This document shows, piece by piece, positions 37,909-48,045 of a DNA stretch of 64,000 bases. The stretch lies in contig JBAYHC010000003.1 of NCBI GenBank assembly GCA_041666325.1, positions 31,102-95,101 of the forward strand. The letters are read 5' to 3'. How positions within the stretch are numbered: position 1 is the first letter of the stretch; every line of letters starts with the position of its first letter. The notes below the pieces were generated by a model, which saw only the letters and a program-made list of their open reading frames with translations, was not told the origin of the DNA and ran no database searches. Source of the stretch: Patescibacteria group bacterium. Lineage in GTDB: Bacteria; Patescibacteriota; UBA1384; XYA2-FULL-43-10; 1-14-0-10-43-13. A program made the position numbers and the translations under genes.

Positions 37909-37947
37909 ACTATAGACATCACATTGCGCGATATCACCAAACCGTCT

Positions 37948-38032
37948 GTCATCCCAGCGAAAGCTGGAACCCAGAACGCTAAAAGCCAGATTTCCGATGC
38001 CTGCGGATGCTGGCAGGCAGTGCTGGAATGAT
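37948..38032. repeat. REP-like palindrome (GTCATCCCAGCGAAAGCTGGAACCCAG...GCTGGAATGA)
   Basis: GTCAT(C/T)CC-type inverted ends. Confidence 0.6.
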
Positions 38033-38075
38033 AAACCATCAGGTACGATCAACACAAGTTCAAAAATTACCAGTA

Positions 38076-38834
38076 CTACTTGTGAGCACCTTGCCAAGCA
38101 AGCTCAAATATTAACTTCATATTCTGTGCAAACTCCTTGCTCTCGATGACCACCCCATGAGGCTTCTCAGGATGAAAATAGTACAGCTTTATTCCCCAAT
38201 CAGGATAAACTGTCATCGTCATATTAAGCGGAAACTTGTCTCGCGAGATGAAGACGCCATCTCGCAGTTCTGCCTCGTTTTTGAAGGAAGGGATCTCGCC
38301 ATCCTCATGGGTGTAGATTGCCCTGGATCGAATACCCAGCTTGATACGCTCACCAAGCGACTGCTGTCTTCTGTCCTTAAAATACTTCTCCATGACATCA
38401 ATCGGGGCGATACTCAAGATCTCTGAGTTTTTCTTAAGTAAATTTCGACCATATCGATCCATGGCCATTAATCCATCAGCACCCTCGAAATAACGCACGA
38501 CTGGCTTGCCGCTCTGGGCATTATTCAGAGCCATTAGTTGGTTCATGATCTCTTTGAGTTCATTCTTCCTCTCATCGATCTCTGACTGCTGCTTCTTTAG
38601 AAGATTTTCTAGCTCTTTTGGGTCTTCCGCGATAAATAATGTTTTTTTGCCCTGCTCAACCGTGCTGACTAGGCCAAGCTTCATCAGTTTGTCTAAAATT
38701 ACATAGGCCGTGGGACGGTTGACGTCGGCTTTTTTGGCGATGTTTTGAACAGTATCTTGGGCAAGCTCGAGCGCCGCCAAATATACCTTGGCCTCTTTCT
38801 CTGATAGGCCAAGCTTTATAAGAGTTGTAAGCAT
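38076..38834 (-). CDS. TrmB-family transcriptional regulator
   Basis: LGLSEKEAKVYLAALEL...IAKKADVNRPTAYVILDKL wHTH, VRYFEG, IFELAW. Confidence 0.88.
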   Translation of the reverse strand: MLTTLIKLGLSEKEAKVYLAALELAQDTVQNIAKKADVNRPTAYVILDKLMKLGLVSTVEQGKKTLFIAEDPKELENLLKKQQSEIDERKNELKEIMNQLMALNNAQSGKPVVRYFEGADGLMAMDRYGRNLLKKNSEILSIAPIDVMEKYFKDRRQQSLGERIKLGIRSRAIYTHEDGEIPSFKNEAELRDGVFISRDKFPLNMTMTVYPDWGIKLYYFHPEKPHGVVIESKEFAQNMKLIFELAWQGAHK

Positions 38835-38934
38835 GGTAGCTCCTTGTGTAAATTGATCCTCATAATAGTACAAGACAAACACATTTTGGTCAAAAGCCCT
38901 TGCTAAAAGAAATTAAAGGGGTTACAATATTCGC

Positions 38935-39092
38935 CGGGGATGAGAATGCATCTTTTGTCCATCCTCCTTCCTCCTCCCGAGCCGGGAATCCCGTCGGGTA
39001 AACGGGATGGGCCCGGATAACATATCTGCCCATTGTGTGGGCATTGGGCAGCCACCCTCCCTGGCGCAACAGTCGCGCCAGGGCTTTTTTTT
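38935..39092 (+). ncRNA. Candidate small RNA with pyrimidine-rich anti-SD-like tract
   Basis: Promoter TTGCTA-17-TACAAT (38900-38928); TCCATCCTCCTTCCTCCTCCC; two hairpins; terminator CCCTGGCGC/GCGCCAGGG + T run. Confidence 0.55.
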
Positions 39093-40467
39093 AAATTTTT
39101 ACAATTTTGTAACCCTCTTGCTTGTCTTCGACTCGCCAACCCTTGTTCTCGATCTCGTCTCTCAGCTTGTCCGAAAGCTCATAATTTTTATTACGGCGGG
39201 CCTCTTCACGTTTTTCCACTAAATCGCTGATTTCAGCCGGCACCTGCTGTGCCTTAATCTCGCCAAGACCCAGCCCAAAAACCCTATCCATCTCCAACGC
39301 TGTAGCAAGCTTGTCGGCAAGAGGCAGGTTCTCATCACGCAGAAGCTCCCAAAATATTGCCAGAGCCTTAGGGGTATCAAGATCATCTGAAATCGCAATC
39401 CCAAAACTATCCAAGTACCTCTGAGCGACAGCTCCCCCACCCTCACTGCTCTCAAGAATCCTTTTGGCACGGGAAAAACTATTTTTTGCACTCTCTAGTG
39501 CCTCCCAGGTGAAGTTCAGCCTCGAACGATAGTGCGCACCTAGCACAAGATAACGAAAATCGAGCGGAGAATATCCTCGTTTTTTTAGGTCCTCTAATGC
39601 ATAGACGTTGCCCAGACTCTTCGACATTTTCTGGCCATCGACTAGAAGATGCTCACCGTGAACCCAATACCTTGCCAATGGCTCGCCAAAAGCGGCCTCA
39701 GATTGGGCAATCTCGTTCGTGTGATGTGTGCCGATATGATCGACTCCACCGGTGTGGATATCAAAAGGCTGGCCCAGAATTGATCTTGAAATCGCTGAAC
39801 ATTCGATATGCCAACCTGGGAAACCCTCACCCCACGGTGATGGCCAATGCAAGACATGGTTTTTATAGCGACCCGTTAAGAAAAACCATAGGACAAAGTC
39901 TTGCGGATTTCTCTTGCGCTGGTCAACTACCACCTCTTCTCTAGCGCCGGTCATCTTGTCTTCTAGTTTCTGACCCGAGAGTTTACCATAATCAGGCAAT
40001 TTGGAAGTATCAAAGTATATTGCTGACTCGTCTTTGTAGGTAAAGCCCTTCTCTTCCAGAATATTGATTATGCTGATCTGCTCAGAGATGGATTCGGTGG
40101 CGCGTACAACTTTATCGGGAAGTTCGACCCTTAGGTCCTTTAGGTCGTCGAAAAATTTTGTCTCATACTCTCGAGCAATTTCCAGCGGATGTCTCCCTTC
40201 GCGCTGCGCGCCAACTTCCATCTTATCTTCACCTTCATCAGCATCAGAGACCAAATGACCAACATCTGTCACATTCATACCATGTATGACCTTGTAACCA
40301 TGGAACTCAAGGACTCGGCGTAAAACATCCTCAAAGAGGTATGCCCTAAGGTTACCGATATGTGCAAAATTGTACACTGTCAATCCACATGCGTACATCC
40401 GCACCTCTTTATCCTTGAGTGGGATAAATTCTTCTTTGTTTCGAGTTAGGGTATTATACAATTTCAT
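39091..40467 (-). CDS. cysS: Cysteinyl-tRNA synthetase
   Basis: [26 protein letters not shown]. Confidence 0.97.
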   Translation of the reverse strand: MKLYNTLTRNKEEFIPLKDKEVRMYACGLTVYNFAHIGNLRAYLFEDVLRRVLEFHGYKVIHGMNVTDVGHLVSDADEGEDKMEVGAQREGRHPLEIAREYETKFFDDLKDLRVELPDKVVRATESISEQISIINILEEKGFTYKDESAIYFDTSKLPDYGKLSGQKLEDKMTGAREEVVVDQRKRNPQDFVLWFFLTGRYKNHVLHWPSPWGEGFPGWHIECSAISRSILGQPFDIHTGGVDHIGTHHTNEIAQSEAAFGEPLARYWVHGEHLLVDGQKMSKSLGNVYALEDLKKRGYSPLDFRYLVLGAHYRSRLNFTWEALESAKNSFSRAKRILESSEGGGAVAQRYLDSFGIAISDDLDTPKALAIFWELLRDENLPLADKLATALEMDRVFGLGLGEIKAQQVPAEISDLVEKREEARRNKNYELSDKLRDEIENKGWRVEDKQEGYKIVKI

Positions 40468-40610
40468 AGCTGTAGTCACTTCACTCCTCTAACGACCCGA
40501 AGGGTCCCAATGGGAGCTGAAAACTCCCTGTGGGCACTGTATCAAGCCACATTACCTTATATCTTGTTATACCTTAGCAGATAGGAAACTCTATTTGAAG
40601 TCTTGGAAAC

Positions 40611-40640
40611 AAAAAAATCTGGCTGAGGCCAGATTTTTTT
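40611..40640. terminator. Bidirectional terminator
   Basis: AAAAAAATCTGGC TGAG GCCAGATTTTTTT. Confidence 0.75.
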
Positions 40641-40648
40641 GTAGTACA

Positions 40649-40951
40649 TCATACCGCCTGAGCTAAACTTTCCTCATCTTCCCAGCCATCACCACTAATC
40701 GCATCAACGAGATCGATATCATCAGCGTCTAGGTCATCATCAATACGCTGTTTTTTAAGCGCGCGCTTTATTGAGTTCTTGTCATATTTGCCCTTCTCGG
40801 TTTGGGTGTCCTCTTCTTCGTTCTCACTGAAAGATTCCTCAAACTCACTCACATCGCTCCAATCGATGGTTCGACTACCGCACATCGGACAAGGGTCGGA
40901 GGGTACATAAAAACCACAGTTATCACACCAGTATTGCGCTTCGTCCGCCAT
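40649..40951 (-). CDS. Small zinc-ribbon protein with acidic tail
   Basis: CDNC-x8-CPMC; AAGGAG RBS. Confidence 0.75.
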   Translation of the reverse strand: MADEAQYWCDNCGFYVPSDPCPMCGSRTIDWSDVSEFEESFSENEEEDTQTEKGKYDKNSIKRALKKQRIDDDLDADDIDLVDAISGDGWEDEESLAQAV

Positions 40952-41326
40952 GAAACTCCTTTTTTACGAATTGCTTTTTGTTTTTGGCATCACGCCACAA
41001 GATAGATTCTGAATGCCCAGTAGCCCATTTCCTACTGTACGACTGTTTGGATTTTAGCGATGTAGCAATGGTCTGTCAAGATACTTTTCCACAATTAGCT
41101 GAATTTTCTTTCACAAATTCGACTACTGCAATAGCTTAGATCAATTAGAATTTACTGGACAATGAATACTGGAAAATTTGACTAACACCAGAGGACCGGA
41201 CCAGAATTCAAATTTGCTACCGAAGCCAAAGAAAATCTGCTCCCTTTGCACAGAATGCTTTTACGAAAAACTAAACCCCGATACCTTTCGCTTTATCGTT
41301 AATGCACAGCAGCAGGAACCTCGAGA

Positions 41327-41926
41327 CTAATATTCTCTGCGACCCTCAAGAGATCTTTTGATTGTCACCTCGTCGGCGTATTCAATATTGCTTCCGACTG
41401 GCAATCCCCTCGCAATACGGGTCACGCTTATGGGAAGATTTAATTCCTTGATCCTGTCTTTGACGTAAGCGGCCGTCGCCTCTCCCTCGAAATCTGGGTC
41501 AGTAGCTAGAATTACCTCATCAGTGCCATCTTTGGCCAATCGATCAATAAGCTGCTGCACCCGCAGATTTTCAGGGCCGATACCTTCTATCGGGGAGATT
41601 GCTCCACCGAGAACATGATATAGTCCGCCGAATCCACCTGTTTTTTCCAAAGCTATGACGTCAAGAGGCTCCTCAACTACAGCAACACACCTACTGTTTC
41701 TGCTGCTATCGCGACAGACAAGACACAAATCATCTTCTGCGATATTATAACACTGCACACAAAAGTGGAGATTATTCTTTAGATCCAAAACAGCTTTACC
41801 CAAACTCTCAATATCGCTGCTTGATTTAGAGAGCAAATAGAAAACAAGTCGAGCAGCTGTCTTAGGCCCAACTCCTGGCAATTTTGAAAATTCATCGATT
41901 AAGTTTTGAACTGATTTTGGAAGCAT
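41327..41926 (-). CDS. recR: Recombination protein RecR
   Basis: LPGVGPKTAARL, C4 zinc finger, YHVLGGAISP, EGEATA, RIARGLPVG. Confidence 0.97.
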   Translation of the reverse strand: MLPKSVQNLIDEFSKLPGVGPKTAARLVFYLLSKSSSDIESLGKAVLDLKNNLHFCVQCYNIAEDDLCLVCRDSSRNSRCVAVVEEPLDVIALEKTGGFGGLYHVLGGAISPIEGIGPENLRVQQLIDRLAKDGTDEVILATDPDFEGEATAAYVKDRIKELNLPISVTRIARGLPVGSNIEYADEVTIKRSLEGRREY

Positions 41927-42124
41927 ATGATTATTATTAAGAAGGCGTAAGGCGAAAGTGGCAAGTGATAAGGCCTGCCCGCAGTCGCTTCGCTCCAAGC
42001 GATGCAGGCGGGCGTAAGACTTAAGGCAAACCCCATCTCTAACGAAATGGCAAAGACACAAAAAAGTTTTGAGGTACTATTGAGAATTAACTGCAGACAT
42101 TAACTTGCGATTCCTTTCGCCTGC

Positions 42125-44293
42125 CTAACTCTCATCTTTCGCCTTGGCATTTGGATTTGTCCAGCTCGCATACTTGCACTCAGGATATCGAGAACAGCCC
42201 CAAAACATTTTCCCGCGCTTAGTTCTTCTTTCGATGACCTCACCCTCCTCGCAATCCGGACACTTCATACCGGAAGTTTTGGCAATGGTCTTAGTATTTT
42301 TGCACGTAGGATAATTTTCGCAAGCCAAGAACTTACCGAAGCGACCTTCCTTAAGAGTCATTTTTCCGCCGCATTTGTCGCACTTCTCGTTTTCGGCATC
42401 TGCAAGCCTCTGTGTCTCTCCCCCGCTAATCACTAAGTCGTTCTTCTCGTCAGTCTTTGATTCAATTGGACGAGAATATTTACATTTAGGATAACCGGGA
42501 CATGCCAAGAATTTTCCGTAACGCCCTAAACGTATAACCAAGTTATGGTTGCCGCACTCAGGACACTTCTCATCAGTGGCCTCCTCCTTTATGATGTCTT
42601 TTTTATCAATTTCTTTATTTTTCTCGGTCAATCGTTTCGCAAACGGTTCATAAAATTCACGAATTACCGGAACCCACTGACGCTCGCCCTCAGCAATCTC
42701 ATCAAACTCCTCCTCCATCTTGGCCGTAAATCGATAATCAACGATGTTTTCAAAGTGAGCGACCAATAGATCATTAACAATCCCTGCAATCTCTGTCGGT
42801 TTAAACCGCTTCTCCTCGAGTTCAACATATCCTCGATCCTGAATGGTCGACAATGTTGGAGCATACGTTGATGGTCGACCAATACCAAGGCCCTCTAGCT
42901 TCTTCACCAGCATTGCCTCGGAATACCTCTTTGGTGGTTCGGTGAATTTCTGCTGGGAGATAAGATCGATAAACCTGAGCATCTCGCCCTTATCCAAACC
43001 GGGCAAAGTTTTATTTTCATCGGAAGCAACATCATCATCCCTGCCCTCAGTATAGAGTCTGACGAATCCATCAAAGGTAAATCGCTCACCTTTAGCCACA
43101 AACACAAATCTTTCTTTGCCGTCTGCCACGATTCTGGCCTCAATCACCTCAACTACAGCTTCTTTCATCTGGGTAGCCACGGTGCGCTTCCAGATCAAGT
43201 CATAGAGCCGCTGCTCTCTGGCCTCCGCCGACACCTTTATCTGGGTGAAATGAGTCGGTCTGATGGCTTCATGGGCCTCCTGAGCATGCTTTGCCTTGGT
43301 CGTATATTTTTGCGCCTGACTGGGCAGATAGGCATCGCCATAGCTTTCCTTGATTGTTTTTCTAATTTCCGCAACTGCGTCCGTAGAAAGGTTAAATGAA
43401 TCCGTTCTCATATACGTAATATGACCGGCTTCATATAACTTTTGAGCTAGCATCATAGTTTGCTTGGCAGAAAAGCCAAGCTTGCGGGAAGCTTCCATTT
43501 GTAGTGTTGAAGTAATGAACGGAGCAGGTGGGCGGCGCAAAGACTCTTTCTTGTTAACAGACAACACAGAGTACTTCGCTCCTTGAAGATTTTCTTTGAT
43601 CTCGGCAGCAATCTTCTGGTCCTTAACGTCCATCTTCTTAACATCCTTACCATCACGTTCGACGAGAAAGGCACGGAACGGTTGCTCCTTGTCAAGCTTA
43701 GAAAGATCAACTGCAATCACCCAGTACTCTTCTGGATTGAAATTTTTGATCTCTCGCTCTCTCTCGACAACTAAACGAACCGCAACAGATTGGACGCGAC
43801 CAGCCGAGAGACCGGTTTTAACCTTTTTCCAGAGAAGTGGAGATAATTTATATCCGACTAACCGGTCAAGAACACGCCGTGCTTGTTGAGCATCAACTAA
43901 ATTCCTATCAATGCTACGTGGCTTTGCAACTGCATTTTTGATAGCCGACTCAGTAATTTCATTAAAAACTATCCTCTTTACCTTGGGGTCAGTTTCCTTT
44001 ATTTTTAGCGCATAAAGCAAGTGCCAAGAAATCGCCTCCCCTTCGCGATCCAAGTCTGTTGCCAGATATATTATATTAGCATCGCCTGAATATTTTTTAA
44101 GTTCGGAAATAGCTTTTTTTGCTTTATTTGGTATAACGTATTTTGGGTCAAAATCTTTGTCAACGTCAACGCCAAGTTCCTTTTCTGGCAAATCACGGAC
44201 ATGACCAAAAGAGGCCAGCACACGAAAGTCCTTGCCTAAATACTTCTCAATAGTTTTTGCTTTTGCCGGAGACTCGACAATGACTAAGTTCAT
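42125..44293 (-). CDS. topA: DNA topoisomerase I with C-terminal zinc ribbons
   Basis: LVIVESPAKAKTI, ATDLDREGEAI, SAGRVQS, ITYMRTDS, GIGRPSTY. Confidence 0.98.
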   Translation of the reverse strand: MNLVIVESPAKAKTIEKYLGKDFRVLASFGHVRDLPEKELGVDVDKDFDPKYVIPNKAKKAISELKKYSGDANIIYLATDLDREGEAISWHLLYALKIKETDPKVKRIVFNEITESAIKNAVAKPRSIDRNLVDAQQARRVLDRLVGYKLSPLLWKKVKTGLSAGRVQSVAVRLVVEREREIKNFNPEEYWVIAVDLSKLDKEQPFRAFLVERDGKDVKKMDVKDQKIAAEIKENLQGAKYSVLSVNKKESLRRPPAPFITSTLQMEASRKLGFSAKQTMMLAQKLYEAGHITYMRTDSFNLSTDAVAEIRKTIKESYGDAYLPSQAQKYTTKAKHAQEAHEAIRPTHFTQIKVSAEAREQRLYDLIWKRTVATQMKEAVVEVIEARIVADGKERFVFVAKGERFTFDGFVRLYTEGRDDDVASDENKTLPGLDKGEMLRFIDLISQQKFTEPPKRYSEAMLVKKLEGLGIGRPSTYAPTLSTIQDRGYVELEEKRFKPTEIAGIVNDLLVAHFENIVDYRFTAKMEEEFDEIAEGERQWVPVIREFYEPFAKRLTEKNKEIDKKDIIKEEATDEKCPECGNHNLVIRLGRYGKFLACPGYPKCKYSRPIESKTDEKNDLVISGGETQRLADAENEKCDKCGGKMTLKEGRFGKFLACENYPTCKNTKTIAKTSGMKCPDCEEGEVIERRTKRGKMFWGCSRYPECKYASWTNPNAKAKDES

Positions 44294-44298
44294 GCGAA

Positions 44299-44430
44299 AA
44301 ATCCTAAATTCTAATATCTAAATCTGAAACAAAGTCAAATTGCCAAAACCGCGGCGACCCAAATTTAAAATTTCTAATTTGAGTTTAGAATTTGTTTAGG
44401 AGCTAGAAATTAGATATTTGTATTTTTGCA
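44299..44430. repeat. Imperfect palindrome of ~7-nt tandem units (TCTAAAT / ATTTAGA type)
   Basis: aatcctaaattctaatatctaaatctgaaac ... gagtttagaatttgtttaggagctagaaattagatatt. Confidence 0.6.
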
Positions 44431-44437
44431 AAATCGT

Positions 44438-45523
44438 CTAGGCAATTTTGCGATATCTTCCGCCGCCAATATTTTGTATCATACCCTTCATCTCCATCAT
44501 TGTCAAAGCACAATTGACTGAAATAACGTTTAGCTGAGACTCTTTAATGATCGTGTCAACCAGCATTTCGCCGCCTTCCAGAACACTCATTATTTTCTGC
44601 TCGTCTTCGCTTTGCGGTATTGTTTCCCTCGCCTTTTCTTCTGTTCGTTTCAACTTAATAGGCAGTTCGTCTAGAATATCATAAATTGTCATAACAAGTT
44701 TCGCACCCTTCTGAATCAATACGTTTGTGCCGACCGAAGAATGAGAATCTATGCCCCCAGGAACAGCAAAGACCTCTCTGTTATAATCCAGAGCACACCC
44801 AGCAGTAATCAATGATCCCGATCCTTCTCCTGCTTCGACAACGAGTGTACCCAAAGTCAAGCCAGCAATTATTCTATTGCGGGCCGGAAAATTTTGCTTG
44901 AACGCCTCCGTTCCCGGAGAGTACTCCGACACGATGGCCCCACCACGCTCGATTATCTCTCTAGCTAATTCGATATGGGACGAAGGGTAAATCCTGTCCA
45001 GGCCGCACGCAAGTACTCCTATGGTTACTCCACCCGCGTCCAAAACAGCTCGGTGAGCTTCTCCGTCAATCCCCAGTGCCAATCCGGACACAACTACAAT
45101 CCCATTGTCAGCGCATTCAGTTGAGAACTTTTTGGCGACCCATTTGCCATAGCTCGTAAATTTTCTACTGCCAACAATAGCGATCCCCGGTTTCTTAATG
45201 GCGCTGGCATCCCCCTTTATATAAAGAATAGCGGGAGCGTCAGGAATCTCAGCGAGCAAGGACGGGTATTGCTTGTCGTCAATGGTAACACAACCCAAGT
45301 CGAGTCGCTTAATCTTCTCTTGCTCCCCTTCTGGACTATATGTCTTCCGGGCACTCAAAACCAGTTCAGCAACTCTTGGCTCTAGGCTGCTCCTAATCTC
45401 ACCTTCGATGGCACTCCATAGGTGTTTTGGATCGGAAAATACTGCCAAGACCTTCTTGATGGTTTGACCTCCAATTTTTGGGTGAGCATTGAGCGCAAGG
45501 ATATAGGGCAACTTGTCAGTCAT
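44438..45523 (-). CDS. dprA: DNA-processing protein DprA
   Basis: IAIVGSRK, VSGLALGIDGEAH, FPARNRIIAGL, GSGSLITA, C-terminal wHTH. Confidence 0.96.
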   Translation of the reverse strand: MTDKLPYILALNAHPKIGGQTIKKVLAVFSDPKHLWSAIEGEIRSSLEPRVAELVLSARKTYSPEGEQEKIKRLDLGCVTIDDKQYPSLLAEIPDAPAILYIKGDASAIKKPGIAIVGSRKFTSYGKWVAKKFSTECADNGIVVVSGLALGIDGEAHRAVLDAGGVTIGVLACGLDRIYPSSHIELAREIIERGGAIVSEYSPGTEAFKQNFPARNRIIAGLTLGTLVVEAGEGSGSLITAGCALDYNREVFAVPGGIDSHSSVGTNVLIQKGAKLVMTIYDILDELPIKLKRTEEKARETIPQSEDEQKIMSVLEGGEMLVDTIIKESQLNVISVNCALTMMEMKGMIQNIGGGRYRKIA

Positions 45524-45549
45524 TTACACAAATTATATACTTGAGAACT

Positions 45550-47421
45550 CTATTGGGCAATTATATCAGTGCCGGTCAACATTGCACCACCTCGCAATCT
45601 ATCAACTGCAGACTTTAGCAGCTTTGAATAGAGTATTAATCCAACCGCCTCCATATTACCATGCTGTTCCTTGCCCAATATGTTTCCTCCGCCGCGTATC
45701 TCAAGATCCGATATAGCAATATTAAAACCTGACCCAAGCTCTGCGTTGTCAGCCAGCGCCTTCAGCCGCTTGTAGGCATTCGAGGAAAGTTTCTTTCCGG
45801 AGTATGTGAAAAGAGCATATGACTGCCGTGGGCTCCGACCGATCCTGCCACGAATCTGATAGAGCTGTGACAGGCCAAAATGGTCAGCGTCTTCAACGAT
45901 TAAAGTGTTGACGTTCGGTAGATCCAAGCCGTTCTCGACTATAGTTGAGCACACTAAGACGTCGGTTTTGCCATCCGCGAAATTCCTCATTGTCGAAGCC
46001 AATCTATTCTCATCCATCTGACCGTGTGCCACTGCAAATCTAATTTCCGGCATGAGGCGCTCGAGCTTCGACTTTGCCCCTTCAATGGTTGAAACCTCAT
46101 TGTGTAAATAATATGCCTGGCCGCCTCTTTCGACCTCTCGAACAACATATTCTTTGACCAGGTCGATCTTGTCTGCCTCTATCCTGGTATCAACCGATTT
46201 CCTGCCACTGGGTGGAGTAGAAATCTGAGAAATGTCTCTTATGCCCGACAGAGACATGAAAAGGGTACGTGGAATCGGCGTAGCAGAGAGGCTAAGCACG
46301 TTGACTTCGGCCTTTATTTTCTTTAGCTTTTCCTTGTGCCTAACGCCGAACTTTTGTTCCTCGTCTATGATCAAGAGGCCAAGATTTTTATATTCAATAT
46401 CATTCCCAAGCAAACGATGGGTGCCGATTAGAATATCCACACTTCCTCGCTTTGTACCATCCGCAACATCCTTCTGGCCGCTGCTCTCAATAAACCTGCT
46501 CAGGCGCTCAATAGTAACAGGCAGATTCTGAAACCTATTTTTAAAATTTATAAAATGTTGTTCAACTAAAATTGTAGTCGGAACAAGCATCGCAACCTGA
46601 TAACCGTTTGCCACTGCCTGTGCAGCGGCTCTGATTGCAACCTCAGTCTTGCCAAACCCGACATCACCGCAGATCAGGCGCTCCATCGGAATATTTTTTG
46701 TCAGGTCATCAAAAACATTCCGTATAGCAACTGCCTGATCGACCGTGTCTTCGTACGGAAAAGTTTCAGTCACGAGCTTATCCCAACGCTCATCAATTTG
46801 CCAAGGACTGCGCGCACTTATCTCCCTCTTTGCGTAGACTTGGAGCAACTCCCGAGCTAAGAGTAATACATTCTCATACGTCTTTTTATACGTTTTTTCC
46901 CAAGTTTTACTGCCAAGCTTACTAAGCCTTGGCTTTCTCCGACCAACCCCTATGTATGGCGACAAGCGACCAATAAGATTTTCTGGAACATAGAGTATGT
47001 CGCCATTGAGATATTCCAAGTAAATATACGATCGCTCTTCTCCGTCAACCTTCTTAATGCCCAGGTTATGGAAAAGGCCAATACCATAATCTTCGTGAAC
47101 TACATAATCCCCCGGTCTGAGTCGGCTGCCATCAGATAAATTTATCTGATTTGATCCAATGATAAGTGTCGTTAGCTCGTCACTTTTCCGACCATCAACC
47201 AGATTATATGAATAAATTTTTTCAATTTCTGAGCCAAAAAAATCAACTCTGTGCGGAGACAACAGATTAATCGAAAAAAGAGATAGAATCCCGCCACTTA
47301 TCGCAAACTGGCCAGGAACTTCGACTTCATTAACTCTCTCATAGCCAAAATCGAGCAATTTGGGGATCAAATCACTGAATTCATACTTCTCTCCAACTTT
47401 AAGCTGAATTTGGGTCATCAT
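45550..47421 (-). CDS. mfd: Shortened transcription-repair coupling factor
   Basis: UvrB-like D2 segment, CarD/RID (GDYVVHEDYGIG), GDVGFGKTEV, DEEQKFG, QIRGRIGR, DLEIRGGGNILG; no C-terminal TRCF domain. Confidence 0.9.
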   Translation of the reverse strand: MMTQIQLKVGEKYEFSDLIPKLLDFGYERVNEVEVPGQFAISGGILSLFSINLLSPHRVDFFGSEIEKIYSYNLVDGRKSDELTTLIIGSNQINLSDGSRLRPGDYVVHEDYGIGLFHNLGIKKVDGEERSYIYLEYLNGDILYVPENLIGRLSPYIGVGRRKPRLSKLGSKTWEKTYKKTYENVLLLARELLQVYAKREISARSPWQIDERWDKLVTETFPYEDTVDQAVAIRNVFDDLTKNIPMERLICGDVGFGKTEVAIRAAAQAVANGYQVAMLVPTTILVEQHFINFKNRFQNLPVTIERLSRFIESSGQKDVADGTKRGSVDILIGTHRLLGNDIEYKNLGLLIIDEEQKFGVRHKEKLKKIKAEVNVLSLSATPIPRTLFMSLSGIRDISQISTPPSGRKSVDTRIEADKIDLVKEYVVREVERGGQAYYLHNEVSTIEGAKSKLERLMPEIRFAVAHGQMDENRLASTMRNFADGKTDVLVCSTIVENGLDLPNVNTLIVEDADHFGLSQLYQIRGRIGRSPRQSYALFTYSGKKLSSNAYKRLKALADNAELGSGFNIAISDLEIRGGGNILGKEQHGNMEAVGLILYSKLLKSAVDRLRGGAMLTGTDIIAQ

Positions 47422-47475
47422 ATTACTATACAACAATTAAGCATCTCTGCCAATAGAGCTACCATATCCAGGAAA

Positions 47476-47504
47476 CAAAAAATCCCTTTTTAGGGATTTT
47501 TTGT
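47476..47504. terminator. Terminator after rplK
   Basis: AAAAAATCCCT TTT AGGGATTTTTT. Confidence 0.65.
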
Positions 47505-47595
47505 TCGAACTAAGTATCATGCTTTGTAATGATTTTCTTGCGTTGTCACATCACTAGAGTGTATCTGACAAGCCGAAATGAAGTGATCAGCCTAC

Positions 47596-48024
47596 CTACT
47601 TACCTTCAACCTCAACACCCATGCTTCTAGCAGTACCAGCGATAACTCTTTTTGCTGCTTCGAGATCTGCAGCGTTTAGGTCAGGCATTTTCGCCGTGGC
47701 AATTTCTTCAAGTTGCGCGACAGTAAGCTTGCCCACTTTCTTTTTCTTTGAGTTGTCGGATCCCTTGGCTGTCCCGAGCGCTTTCTTAATAAGGATGGCG
47801 GCAGGCGGCGTTTTAAGAATGAAAGTGTATGTTCTGTCCTCATAAACAGTAATTTCTACTGGTATGATTGTGTCGCCCTTCTCCCGAGTTTGCTCGTTGA
47901 AGGATTGACAAAACTCCATAATATTCAGGCCATGCTGACCAAGCGCAGGTCCAACAGGGGGCGCGGGAGTAGCCTTGCCAGCTGAAATTTGAAGTTTAAT
48001 AATTGTTTTGATTGCTTTTGCCAT
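47596..48024 (-). CDS. rplK: 50S ribosomal protein L11
   Basis: [30 protein letters not shown]. Confidence 0.98.
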   Translation of the reverse strand: MAKAIKTIIKLQISAGKATPAPPVGPALGQHGLNIMEFCQSFNEQTREKGDTIIPVEITVYEDRTYTFILKTPPAAILIKKALGTAKGSDNSKKKKVGKLTVAQLEEIATAKMPDLNAADLEAAKRVIAGTARSMGVEVEGK

Positions 48025-48045
48025 CGTAATTCCTACCTGTATTGA

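Noticed and set aside
40480-40560. T-box or other leader upstream of cysS
   Set aside because: Only two tiny hairpins; no T-box consensus or specifier stem
40960-41325. 370-nt intergenic gap after recR
   Set aside because: AT-rich, with no convincing ORF, repeat or stable structure
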